Below are positions 9,427 through 19,335 of a stretch of 64,000 bases of DNA, piece by piece (within the stretch, counting starts at the first letter, position 1; every line of letters begins with the position of its first letter). This DNA is from Lentisphaeria bacterium (GTDB lineage Bacteria; Verrucomicrobiota; Lentisphaeria; JABSQK01; JAWLHB01): the NCBI GenBank assembly GCA_041690595.1, contig JAWLHB010000001.1, positions 248,001-312,000 on the forward strand, written 5' to 3'. The notes under the pieces are model-generated. The model saw nothing but the letters and a program-made list of their open reading frames with translations. It searched no databases and had not been told where the DNA came from. A program made the position numbers and the translations under genes.

Positions 9427-12400
9427 ATGAAGAGTCTGCTCCCGTGCCTGGCCGCGATGATGATCGTTACCACAATCCACGCTGAAAATGTCGGCTTCTA
9501 CTCTGCGTCCCGACAAGCGGCCGGGCCGGATGCGTGGGATCTGCCAGGGGACGTCCCCGAGATGATGCGCCGTTGCCAGGACATTCCCGCCCTCTACGCC
9601 TTCAGTCGCAACGGCTATCTCTCCATCGAATGCGGCTACCAGGCGATCCTCTTCAATGGCGATGTCCCCATAGCCAATGCCCCCCACATACCCTGGATGA
9701 AGCCGCTCGCGAAGCCGCCGAAGCTCCTGGTCTTCGCCAAATTCGGCAACTCGCCCGCCGATTATGCGCAGGTCGCCCAGCTCTGCCGCGAGTTCGATGC
9801 ATCCACGCGCTTCGTGCTGATTGCCAGCGCACCGGTGAATCATGAAGTCCTGAAGGATGAAGCCTACCGCCTCGGCTTTCTGGCCGAACAAGCCCGCGAG
9901 GCGCTCAAGGACGACTACGATGCCATCGTTTTCGCCATGGGAAGCTACAGTCCCGGCTTTGGCCACAAGCTGGTCACCGAGATCTTCCCTACCGACGTCT
10001 ACGAAAGCGTTTTGGCTAAAGTGCGTGAAGGCACTGGTCTCGTTTTGGTCGGCAGCAATATGGGCGGCTGGTGGGTCAACGACACCCCCCTCCTTGAAGC
10101 CTCTCCCGCCACCATGACCGGCAAGTTCTGGCGGCTCTCGGAGGAGTCCAACATTCGGCCAGTCGCTGACCAACCACTGTTTGCCGGTCTGCCGACGCAT
10201 GATCTACGCGAATTCGCCCTCTACGATTGGCAGTTGAAAGAGGGAGCCACCGTGCTGGCCACCGAAAGCGACCGCCCCTGCATCATTGGCGGCGCCTACG
10301 GCAGGGGACGCGTGCTCCTGCTCGGCTACGACGGCACCTTGGCGCCAGTCAGGACGATGCTTGATGACACACTTGCCTTCGAGCATGGCCTCGCTCTCGC
10401 CATTCGCGGCGTCGCCTGGGCAGCCAATGCCGCCCCCCCAGTCCAGGTCGTGCCGCGGGATGCCGATATCACCGCCGGGCAACCCGGGGCGGTTGACCTG
10501 AACCTCAGTGCCGACGTCCGCCTCGACGCCTCCCTGCGCTCGCGTGACAATCGCCTCGTCTGGCAAGCCGTCGTCGAATCTACGGCCGGTGCCGGCAACC
10601 TGATGCTCCCGCCCCTTCCCTCAGGCTCCTACGCGCTACATCTCATTGCCCGCGATACGGATGGCAATTCCCTCGGCTTTGGTGGCTGCGCCGTCACCGT
10701 CACCGGCACACGTCAGCTCACCGTCGCCGTTACCCCCGAACTGGCCGCCATCGGCGATACCGTCACCGTTTCTGCCAGCCTGACCGAAGATGACGCTCGC
10801 CAGGTGATCCCGGCCACCCGCTTCGAGATTGCCATCCGCGATGTAACCGGCCGCCTGCTCGCCATCGGCCAGACCAACCCCTTTGCCTACGCGGTCGCCG
10901 ATGCCCGCGTCGCACCCCATGTGGCCGAGGTCACCGTCTACGAGGATGATCGTCCCGTACTGCGCCAAGCTGCATCCTTTTTCGTGCCTGACTTCACCTG
11001 GACGGACTATGAAAACGTTCTTTGGCCCACCACCCCGGTGGAGATGAACCTGTTGATGCGCGACCGCGGCGGCATGACCGCCGTCATGGACAGTTGGGGC
11101 AGATCCACCATGGGCGAAGCCGGCGCCAGAGTGGGTATTCGTGCCGCCCGCATGAACGACGGCATTGTCGAGCCAAAGAAGATGGTCACCGATCCTGCCG
11201 CCGGACTCGTCCAGTACGACTACGTCATCAACCCCGCCATCGAGGCTGCCAGGAAGCACGGCGCCCTCACTTGGGCTTTCCAGGACGAACGGCACGGCGG
11301 CGATCCCGGTATGCCCGGCGAAGCCGGACTAACCGCCTTCCGCGATTATCTCAAGGAAATCTACGGCTCTCTCGACGCCCTCAATGCGCAGTGGGAGACC
11401 GACTATGCCTCATGGGAAACCGTCCTCCCCATGATGACCGCTGATATCACCGCCCATACCACCAACCTCTCCCCGTGGGTCGATCTGCGCCTCTTTGGCG
11501 CCGAGAATGGCTATCGCACCGATAAGCGACACGCCGAGATGGTGCGCAACGCATTCGGGCCCGACGTCTCCATCGGCATCGACGGCTTCACCACCAGCGG
11601 CCACGTCATTCCCTATGGCGCCATCGATATCGGTCGCATGCTCACGACCGGCGTCTTCAATTCCTACTGTCCCTACGGCGACGACCTGATGATCGCCTCG
11701 ATGGTGACGGGGCCGATGGTACGCTACCTCGGTTGGGGCATGAGCCGGAAAGACTATTTCGGCCAGCCGTGGCGCGATGTCTTTCGCGGCCACTGGGGTA
11801 CCTTCCGGTTTTTCGGCCAGACCTTCTACAGCCAGTTTGGCTGGATGCAGCCATCCGGTGACTGGACCGGCGAGGGCACACGCGAATTGCGCAGCGGCAC
11901 CGGCAGGCTCCTGATGGGCTCCAAGCGCCAGATCGACCCCGTCGTCATTCTCTACAGCTATCCGTCCATGATGACCATTGCCGGCGCAGGCGCTTGGGTG
12001 GAAAAGGGCAACTCGCACCTCATGTGGCGGCCGGCCAACTGGAGCCGTGACGCTTGGGAGCAGATGCTCGTCGGCTGTGGCAATTCGTTCGGATACCTCA
12101 CGGAAGCACAGGTTCAGGCCGGCATGCTCAGCGACCGCCGGTTGCTCATCATCCCCCACTTCATGGGGATCGCCCTCGGCACGGAGACTTGTCGCGCCAT
12201 CGAGCAGTTTGTCACGGAGGGTGGGGTGGTCGTTGCCGATATCGTTCCGGCGATCTGCGATGACCATGGCAAGCTGCTGCCCAAGGGCAACCTCGACGAT
12301 CTCTTTGGCATTCGTCACGATGGCTTCCAGTATGGCCAGCGCCCCGCGGATTACCTTGTTGGAGTTACCAACCAGGATCCACAGTCGCCCATCAATGGCA

Positions 12401-13203
12401 TGAACCTCGGCGAGAACGGCTGGTACATCGGCGAATGGTTTGAGAAAACCCTGCAGGTTACCGACGGTACCGCCCTCGGTAAGCACTGGTTCACCGACAT
12501 CCCTGCCATGGTTGTCAAACATACCGGTAAAGGGCAGGCCATCCTGCTCAATTTCCTGCACACCGCCACCGTCCGCCGCAATGGCCAGCCCGAAGACGAT
12601 GAGTACAAGCTCATGGAGCAGTTGCTCGCCTTTGGACGGATTGAGCCGCAGGCCCGAGTCGAGACCGACTACGGGCAGCGGGAACGCTTTGCCGAGGTCA
12701 ATACCCTCCACGATGGTTTAAACTCATATGTCGGTGTCTACGCCAATCGCACCCCTGACGAAGATCCAGCCCGACTGATTCTCCGCTTCAAGGACGCCCG
12801 CGAAACGTATGACGTGCGTACCGGCGCCTACCTCGGCAAGGTCGATCAGGCACCCATCCCGCTCCGGCTCAAGGAGGCGGCGCTTTTTGCCAGGCTCGAT
12901 TATCGCGTGACGGCTCTCACCCTCGAGGCGAAAAGTGCTGTCGCCGGACAACCCGTGCAGCTTACGCTGCGTCTTGCCACGACCACTCCGCCTGGCCGCC
13001 ACATCGTGCATATCGGCGTCAGTGAGCCGGACGGTACACCCAACTTCTTCTACACCCGCAACGTGGAGCTGGTCGACGGGGTATGGCAGGGAAGCCTGCC
13101 GACGGCCTTGAGCGATCGCCCCGGGACATGGCGCATCGAGGCGCGCGAAGTCGTCAGCGCCATGAGCGCCAGCGCCACTTTCAAGCTCGAGGCCCGTCCT
13201 TGA
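9427..13203 (+). CDS. Large secreted protein with GH42-like barrel and beta-galactosidase trimerisation-like domain
   Basis: Signal peptide; FRDYLKEIYGSLDALNAQWETDYASW; AIEQFVTEGGVVVAD; N-terminal PHIPWMKP + class I glutamine-amidotransferase-like region. Confidence 0.7.
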   Translation: MKSLLPCLAAMMIVTTIHAENVGFYSASRQAAGPDAWDLPGDVPEMMRRCQDIPALYAFSRNGYLSIECGYQAILFNGDVPIANAPHIPWMKPLAKPPKLLVFAKFGNSPADYAQVAQLCREFDASTRFVLIASAPVNHEVLKDEAYRLGFLAEQAREALKDDYDAIVFAMGSYSPGFGHKLVTEIFPTDVYESVLAKVREGTGLVLVGSNMGGWWVNDTPLLEASPATMTGKFWRLSEESNIRPVADQPLFAGLPTHDLREFALYDWQLKEGATVLATESDRPCIIGGAYGRGRVLLLGYDGTLAPVRTMLDDTLAFEHGLALAIRGVAWAANAAPPVQVVPRDADITAGQPGAVDLNLSADVRLDASLRSRDNRLVWQAVVESTAGAGNLMLPPLPSGSYALHLIARDTDGNSLGFGGCAVTVTGTRQLTVAVTPELAAIGDTVTVSASLTEDDARQVIPATRFEIAIRDVTGRLLAIGQTNPFAYAVADARVAPHVAEVTVYEDDRPVLRQAASFFVPDFTWTDYENVLWPTTPVEMNLLMRDRGGMTAVMDSWGRSTMGEAGARVGIRAARMNDGIVEPKKMVTDPAAGLVQYDYVINPAIEAARKHGALTWAFQDERHGGDPGMPGEAGLTAFRDYLKEIYGSLDALNAQWETDYASWETVLPMMTADITAHTTNLSPWVDLRLFGAENGYRTDKRHAEMVRNAFGPDVSIGIDGFTTSGHVIPYGAIDIGRMLTTGVFNSYCPYGDDLMIASMVTGPMVRYLGWGMSRKDYFGQPWRDVFRGHWGTFRFFGQTFYSQFGWMQPSGDWTGEGTRELRSGTGRLLMGSKRQIDPVVILYSYPSMMTIAGAGAWVEKGNSHLMWRPANWSRDAWEQMLVGCGNSFGYLTEAQVQAGMLSDRRLLIIPHFMGIALGTETCRAIEQFVTEGGVVVADIVPAICDDHGKLLPKGNLDDLFGIRHDGFQYGQRPADYLVGVTNQDPQSPINGMNLGENGWYIGEWFEKTLQVTDGTALGKHWFTDIPAMVVKHTGKGQAILLNFLHTATVRRNGQPEDDEYKLMEQLLAFGRIEPQARVETDYGQRERFAEVNTLHDGLNSYVGVYANRTPDEDPARLILRFKDARETYDVRTGAYLGKVDQAPIPLRLKEAALFARLDYRVTALTLEAKSAVAGQPVQLTLRLATTTPPGRHIVHIGVSEPDGTPNFFYTRNVELVDGVWQGSLPTALSDRPGTWRIEAREVVSAMSASATFKLEARP

Positions 13204-14147
13204 TGAGGGCACTTGTCTTCCTCCTCATAACATGCGTGCCGCTCTTCGCCGGCGTGACGCCTGGAGAGTTCACTTCGGGGGACGCACGACTGGTGGTTGC
13301 CGAGGGTGAGGATCTACGCCTGCGATTGGCCGAGGACGCAGTGGATGGCAAGGCCGTCTCGGCTCCCTTTCCATTGGCGCCGGCATCGATCTACCAGATG
13401 ACGCTGGTCTTCTCCATCGATCGGGGCGTGCTCCTGGCACCTTTGCTACAGGTTCAGGCGAAAGGGCAAGGGGCATGGCTCGATATCCCCCCCACCCGAA
13501 CGACCGACGGTTGGCGGCTGGCGACCCTGCCGGAGACGCGCCTGGCTCGCCTCGTGCTGCACCTCCGCATTCCGGGCCAGGCACTCGGTCGCACGTCGAC
13601 CATCAGTCGCTGCCGCCTTGAGAAGCTGGAGCCGCTGAAAGGCGAAAACGGCCCCAATGCCTTTTGGGATGGCTCATTCGAAAAGAGCCCCGACTACACC
13701 GGCGAGCTTGCCTTCTGGTCAGGAAATCCGGCGTTGGTTGAGGTACGAAGCGGTGACGCGGCGGATGGCGAACGCTACCTGCACATCGAACGTGGAGAGT
13801 CGCACTACGTCGTCTTCCCTTCGCTGCCGGTGAAACTATTGCGCCTTTACCGGTTCCGCTGCCTGCTGCGTGGCGAGGGTGCGGTCTTCCCCGGTCTCCA
13901 CAAGTTGGGCACCTCCCTTCCAGATGCAATTATGTTTGACAACAGCTCTCGCATTGGTGGTGGGGTTATCTTGACGCCGCGGCTGGAGTTGGCACCCGAT
14001 CGATGGCAGCAGATCGAGATCCTGGCTCCCATCGAATCACCCGACATCCTGGCAGTGCAGCCCTATTTCGCCTTCTCTCACGCACCGTTCGTCGAAATTG
14101 ACGCCATCTCTCTTGAAGCCATCGACTGGAACCATCCACATGACTAA
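13203..14147 (+). CDS. Secreted protein with carbohydrate-binding-module-like (jelly-roll) domain
   Basis: TGATG overlap; signal peptide MRALVFLLITCVPLFA; NAFWDGSFE...GDAADGERYLHI...EIDAISL pattern. Confidence 0.6.
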   Translation: MRALVFLLITCVPLFAGVTPGEFTSGDARLVVAEGEDLRLRLAEDAVDGKAVSAPFPLAPASIYQMTLVFSIDRGVLLAPLLQVQAKGQGAWLDIPPTRTTDGWRLATLPETRLARLVLHLRIPGQALGRTSTISRCRLEKLEPLKGENGPNAFWDGSFEKSPDYTGELAFWSGNPALVEVRSGDAADGERYLHIERGESHYVVFPSLPVKLLRLYRFRCLLRGEGAVFPGLHKLGTSLPDAIMFDNSSRIGGGVILTPRLELAPDRWQQIEILAPIESPDILAVQPYFAFSHAPFVEIDAISLEAIDWNHPHD

Positions 14148-15690
14148 GCTCGGCATCTGCATCAACGAGGACAACGGCCATTTCTATTCCAGCCGACGGC
14201 CGGAGCAAATGACCTCCACCGAGGTAACGGCGCTTGTCGACACCTACGCTTCGTTCACCGGTCTGAAGGCCGTCGCCTTCTGCGTCAATGTTCGCCGCGC
14301 GCTCTTTGCCAGCAAGGTCTGGGAGCCTCTGTACCATGGCTACGATCCCGAAGCCGGCCCCGATCAGCCCGCCCTGGCTGGACTTCCCCCCGAAGCCCGC
14401 TCCCTCACCAACGGCAATCAAGGCATGCTGATGGTGCACAACCTCTGCATGCTGGCGGCGCGTGGCATCGATCATCCGGCTCTCTGGCTGGAGCGTTGCC
14501 GCCACCACGGCATGGAAGGTTGGCTCTCCATGCGCATGAATGACGTCCATCACAGCGGCGATCTCGACTACCCATGGCATTCCACCTTCTGGCGCACCCG
14601 CCCAGACCTCTGGCGCGTCCAGCACAAGCATGAATCCTGGTGGGATCGAGCCTTCGACTATGGCAAGCAGGAGGTCCGAGATCATCACATGATGCTCATT
14701 CGTGAACTCTTCGAACGCTATGACATGTTCGGCTTCGAGATGGACTGGATCCGCGCCATTCACCACTTCGCCCCGGGCGGCGAGCAGGTGGGCAGCGCCA
14801 TCCTTACTGACTTCATCCGCGAGGTCCGGCTCCTGGCGGATGAGTGGAGCCTGCGGCGCGGCCATCCCATCATGCTCGGCGTCCGCGTGCCGGAGCATCC
14901 CGTCTCCTCCCAGCGCCTGGGTATGGATGCGCCACTCTGGATTCGCGAGGGACTCATCGACCAGGTGGTCCTCTCCCAATGGCTCTCCGTCATCCCCTTT
15001 CATCCGCCCATTGCCCTCTGGCGCGAGCTGATCGCTGACCGACCTGTTACCCTCTCTCTCAACGTCAGCACCTCCACCATGACCTTCGGAGCAGCCTGGC
15101 CCAGGAAAGGCGTTCTCAATGCCACGACCGAACTGCTCCGCGGCTGCGCCGCCGCCGCCCAGCATCAGGGCGTCCAGCGGATCAACCTCTTCAACTTCTG
15201 CTACATGGAAGACAAGCAGACCGATTGGCTGCGCGAGATCGTGGCCAACATGCATGACCCCGAAATCCGCGATGGACAGCCGAGGCGTTTCGCCGTCACG
15301 TATGAAGAAATTGCGGCACCGGGCGAGTCGGATCATTCGTCGCTGCCGCAACGCCTCGACGGCCCCAGTGGCAGCCGTTATGGCGCCTCCGCGCAGTTGG
15401 TTCCGTATGTAGGCAGCTTTGCACCAGATGCCAGCGCATGGGCCATTGTCGGCTTTGCCGATGACGAAGAGCAGCCGGCCGGGCCGGAAGAACTGACCGT
15501 ACGCCTCAACAGCCACTGTTGCGACTATGCCCCCAATACCGTGCTTCCAAAGGAGTTTGCGCCTCTGGTCGGCAAGCGTTTTGCCTTCGCCGTCCCTCCC
15601 GGCGTCCTGCATTCGGGACGCAATGCCCTCGAAGTCGCCAGTTCGTCTGGCAAGGGCACCATCGTCTGGGCCGAAATCTATCTGGACTGA
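14140..15690 (+). CDS. Glycoside hydrolase-like TIM-barrel protein (GHL10/DUF187-like)
   Basis: INEDN, WLSMRMNDVH, FDYGKQEVRDH...ELFERYDMFGFEMDWIR; overlaps upstream stop by 8 nt. Confidence 0.65.
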   Translation: MTKLGICINEDNGHFYSSRRPEQMTSTEVTALVDTYASFTGLKAVAFCVNVRRALFASKVWEPLYHGYDPEAGPDQPALAGLPPEARSLTNGNQGMLMVHNLCMLAARGIDHPALWLERCRHHGMEGWLSMRMNDVHHSGDLDYPWHSTFWRTRPDLWRVQHKHESWWDRAFDYGKQEVRDHHMMLIRELFERYDMFGFEMDWIRAIHHFAPGGEQVGSAILTDFIREVRLLADEWSLRRGHPIMLGVRVPEHPVSSQRLGMDAPLWIREGLIDQVVLSQWLSVIPFHPPIALWRELIADRPVTLSLNVSTSTMTFGAAWPRKGVLNATTELLRGCAAAAQHQGVQRINLFNFCYMEDKQTDWLREIVANMHDPEIRDGQPRRFAVTYEEIAAPGESDHSSLPQRLDGPSGSRYGASAQLVPYVGSFAPDASAWAIVGFADDEEQPAGPEELTVRLNSHCCDYAPNTVLPKEFAPLVGKRFAFAVPPGVLHSGRNALEVASSSGKGTIVWAEIYLD

Positions 15691-15722
15691 ATCAAAACCA
15701 AAAGACAAATGAGGGTTTCATC

Positions 15723-18700
15723 ATGAAGAAGTTGATCGTCATATGCATTGTCAGTCTCACCGCTCTGGCTGGATGGGCGCAGAACCTGCTGCAGCCTGAC
15801 AAGTTGACTACCGTCGGTCAGGTGACTGAACAGACGATTGCACTTGACGCTGGTCTTTATGAGTTAGCAGCCATCATGGCGGGCAGGGGACGTGCCATTC
15901 TGCGCATTGGTGACTTCGAGCGGTCAGTTCCCATTTCCGCCGAAGGTGGCACGTATGGCCTTCTCGCCAAATGGCCGGGTGGCAATGCCCGTTGCGCCAT
16001 CGAGGTGAACGGTTCGGTGAAGGTGAGCGACATTTCTCTGCTGCCCGCCTCCGACCGGCAACAGCAGGACTGGGATCGCCAGGAGGCGGATTTTGCCCAG
16101 TTCGGTTTCATCGCTTTCAATGCCCAGCGCCCCCTTCCAGGGGCCGAAACGGCCTCCGAAACCATTCCCCCGGCGCGTGACTTGGAAGCCATGACTGACC
16201 GAGTGGTTTTCCGCGACGCCCGCCTTGATGCGGCCGTCCAGGTGAAGAACGTCGATCGGCTGGTGGACTGGCTGGGTGCCCAGGGGTTTGAAGTTCTCGA
16301 TGCCGACCGCCTGCGCTTCTGGATGCTGACCAAGGTGCAGGAAGGGGCCTACGGCAGCGTCTTGGTGCTGCCCACCGGCATCATGCCGTGGTCGATCATT
16401 CGCGAAGCCGGAAAGAATGGGCTCTGGTATCGCTTCATGACCGCTGGCGGCCGCATCGTCTGGACAGGTGGGCCCGCCTTCTACACCGTTCAATCCGCGC
16501 GACTGGAGATCCCTACGCACGAAACCGCGCCGCTCGCCGAAATGGGATTGCCATGGGGGTGGGCATCTCCCGGCTGGGGCAGACACGAACCGGTTACCCT
16601 GACTGAGCAGGCCAAAGCTTGGGGGATCGAAGTCGTCGCGTCCAGTATCTGTGGCACCCCGAACGAATACGTCACCCTGCCGCTATCCCAGTTCACCATG
16701 CGCGACAGCGGCAAGTTGGCCTCTGCCTCCTACTTCCTCAACCTCAATCCCGCCATGCCGTGGAGCGGCGTGATCGCTTACCAGCACTCGCTGGACTATA
16801 ACAACGACGCTTGCATGCGCGACGTCTGGCGCCTCTCTCACTATGTGGGTACGCCCGTCGATACTATTCCGCCCATGCCGCCAAGGCTCCTGCCGCCGCC
16901 CAAACCGGCCTTCGACATTGTCCTCTCCGCTTCCGACATCGAAGGACGCACCCGCTTTGCCCGGGGTGAACCCTTCTCCATCTCTCTGCTCCCCAATACC
17001 GCGGGTCCCTTCGACGCCGCACGCATCCAACTGGCCGATGCCAACCGCATTGTCAAGACCATCGAGCTTCGCACCATCGACCAGGCCATTGGCAGCCAGT
17101 TGCAGACCATGATCGAGACCCAGCCATTTGCCTTCGGCGACTATTCCCTGAGCGTGGAGATCGCTCGCGATGGCAAGCCGCTCGCCCGCCGCCAGATGGA
17201 TATTGGCATTCATCAGCCTCGTCGTGATCCTTTTGCCTGGGAGATCTGGGCCGCTTATACTGACAACGAGCACCGCAATATCCTGCTCCGCCAGGATCTG
17301 GCCGAAGCCGGCATGAGCACCTACCACGTCGCCAATCCACTCCAGCTTGACGAGGCCTTGCGCGGCAACAGTCGCATGTCCCACCGTGCCCATGCCGATG
17401 GCCTGCGTAAGGGGGAAAACCATGAGACGGCCCCAGACAAGTTCATCCGGCAGCCCGATGGCACCTTCCGGAAGTGGGGCACCAATCCCCGCTTCGGCAT
17501 CAGTCATCCCGATTCCCGCGCGGTGGGGCGTCAGCAGATGATGGAGCACATGCACGGCGTTGCCGGACACCCTGCCTACTCCGGTTACGTCCTGACCAAT
17601 GACGACTTTTCCTCGCTCCACTATGGCATCGACTATTCCAAACACAACCTCGACGCCTTCCGCTCATGGACCGGACAGAATCCCGCCTTGGAGCGGCCGG
17701 AACGCGAACCAGGCATCGTTCCCGATAACGATCCCTGGCTACTCTGGTGCCTCTATACCCTCGAACACGTCAGCGGCGGATGGAACAAGATGCAGACCTT
17801 GGCCGTGACCGCGGTCGATCCCGATACCCGCATCGGCCCAATTCCTGGTGGCATGCAGATTCCCGTCCTCCACATGTGGCCGGCCGGACAGTACCCGCCG
17901 CTCAACTTCGGCGACAAAGGCCACAACCTCATCGCCTTCTACTACTACAACAGCTACTGGCAGCCCCTGACGACCAACACCTGCTGGATCGAGTGCGCCC
18001 GTATGGGAAATCGCGATCTCCCCGTCTGGGTGATGCCCGACGTCATGCGGCCACTGACCACCTACTTCCGAAGCAATCTCTACCATCTGCTTGCCGGCGG
18101 AGCCGAGGGGCTCTCCTATTTCATTTACAGTCAGCGCTCGCCGGAGGCCTGGGCGGAGGTGAAGCATCAGTGGCCGATTATCGAGCGCATCGGCCCTGTT
18201 CAGGCTGCCCTCGAACCAAAGGGACGGCGCGTCGCGCTGATGCACTCGGTCACCACCGATATCTTCGACCAGGGCAACTGGTTGATGCTCCCTTATGCCT
18301 ATGCCAACCTGCTGCAGGCGCATTACCAGGTCGACATCATTGCGGAAGAGGAAGTGCGTGATGGAATCTGCGCGAGCTATGATGCCGTCCTTCTCTATCG
18401 CACCCGCTATCTGCGCCAGAGCGTCTTCGACGCGTTGGCCAAACATGCCGCGGACGGTGGCCTGATCCTTGTCGATCGCACCGTCCCCCTCGACATCCCC
18501 GGTGCGGTCCGACTCGATATCGACCTGGCCATGGGGGATCAGGAGACGCTCGGCATCCCGCCCGAAGGCGCCCACGCCGCCCGCCCCGGTCCCGGTGACT
18601 ATGCCATCCCGGAGCGCGTTGCGGCGATCCAGAGCGCTCTTTCGCGGCATGTTGCACCTGCCTTCCAGGCTGCCGATACCAACCTGATCGCGCATCCCTT

Positions 18701-19301
18701 CGAGATCGATGGCGTCAGCTACATGTGGTTCGTCAATGCTCTGGATCACGACCAGTACACCATGGGACAGAAGGCTGTCAGCTCGCGATCACCCGACCTG
18801 CTCGCCGACCTGAGCGCTTGGGACAAGGAAATCTTCCAGCGGGAACCAACCTTCGACACGTCGGTCACCTTCGAGACGTTGCCCGGCGTTCCCTATGACC
18901 TGATTACCGGCCGTCGACTCTCCGATGCTACGCCCGGCGAAAAGGCGGAGCTGGCCCTTTCGATGGAACGCTTTGGCGGCATGCTGGTTGCCTTTTATCC
19001 GCAACCGATCGAGACAATGACGCTCGACGTGCCGAAACAGGCAACTTCACTTCAGGCGCTGCGCGCCATCGTTCGTGTCGGCAGCGCGACTGAACCGATC
19101 CCAGGCATGGTGCCGGTACGCCTGACGCTGGTTAGTCCCTCCCGGCAGCTTTCTCCTCTTTCGGGTGTGCTCGGCACGGCCGAGGGGGAAGCCATCTTCG
19201 AGTGGACCCCCGCGGTTAACGACGAACGCGGACCATGGACGCTGACCGCCACCGAACTTGCCTCCGGCAGAGAAGTCGTTCAGACAATTGAGTTGAAATA
19301 A
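15723..19301 (+). CDS. Large secreted protein with glycoside-hydrolase-like barrel and trimerisation-like domain
   Basis: Signal peptide MKKLIVICIVSLTALAGWAQN; DYSKHNLDAFRSWTG; LAGGAEGLSYFIY; ALAKHAADGGLILVD; GAGGG upstream. Confidence 0.65.
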   Translation: MKKLIVICIVSLTALAGWAQNLLQPDKLTTVGQVTEQTIALDAGLYELAAIMAGRGRAILRIGDFERSVPISAEGGTYGLLAKWPGGNARCAIEVNGSVKVSDISLLPASDRQQQDWDRQEADFAQFGFIAFNAQRPLPGAETASETIPPARDLEAMTDRVVFRDARLDAAVQVKNVDRLVDWLGAQGFEVLDADRLRFWMLTKVQEGAYGSVLVLPTGIMPWSIIREAGKNGLWYRFMTAGGRIVWTGGPAFYTVQSARLEIPTHETAPLAEMGLPWGWASPGWGRHEPVTLTEQAKAWGIEVVASSICGTPNEYVTLPLSQFTMRDSGKLASASYFLNLNPAMPWSGVIAYQHSLDYNNDACMRDVWRLSHYVGTPVDTIPPMPPRLLPPPKPAFDIVLSASDIEGRTRFARGEPFSISLLPNTAGPFDAARIQLADANRIVKTIELRTIDQAIGSQLQTMIETQPFAFGDYSLSVEIARDGKPLARRQMDIGIHQPRRDPFAWEIWAAYTDNEHRNILLRQDLAEAGMSTYHVANPLQLDEALRGNSRMSHRAHADGLRKGENHETAPDKFIRQPDGTFRKWGTNPRFGISHPDSRAVGRQQMMEHMHGVAGHPAYSGYVLTNDDFSSLHYGIDYSKHNLDAFRSWTGQNPALERPEREPGIVPDNDPWLLWCLYTLEHVSGGWNKMQTLAVTAVDPDTRIGPIPGGMQIPVLHMWPAGQYPPLNFGDKGHNLIAFYYYNSYWQPLTTNTCWIECARMGNRDLPVWVMPDVMRPLTTYFRSNLYHLLAGGAEGLSYFIYSQRSPEAWAEVKHQWPIIERIGPVQAALEPKGRRVALMHSVTTDIFDQGNWLMLPYAYANLLQAHYQVDIIAEEEVRDGICASYDAVLLYRTRYLRQSVFDALAKHAADGGLILVDRTVPLDIPGAVRLDIDLAMGDQETLGIPPEGAHAARPGPGDYAIPERVAAIQSALSRHVAPAFQAADTNLIAHPFEIDGVSYMWFVNALDHDQYTMGQKAVSSRSPDLLADLSAWDKEIFQREPTFDTSVTFETLPGVPYDLITGRRLSDATPGEKAELALSMERFGGMLVAFYPQPIETMTLDVPKQATSLQALRAIVRVGSATEPIPGMVPVRLTLVSPSRQLSPLSGVLGTAEGEAIFEWTPAVNDERGPWTLTATELASGREVVQTIELK

Positions 19302-19335
19302 CATTTACCGCCAGAACTCCAATAAGGATAATTCT

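Noticed and set aside
8497..10200. 567-aa minus-strand ORF (similarly 11410-12711 and 13966-15708)
   Set aside because: Mirror frames of well-supported plus-strand genes, no recognisable motifs.
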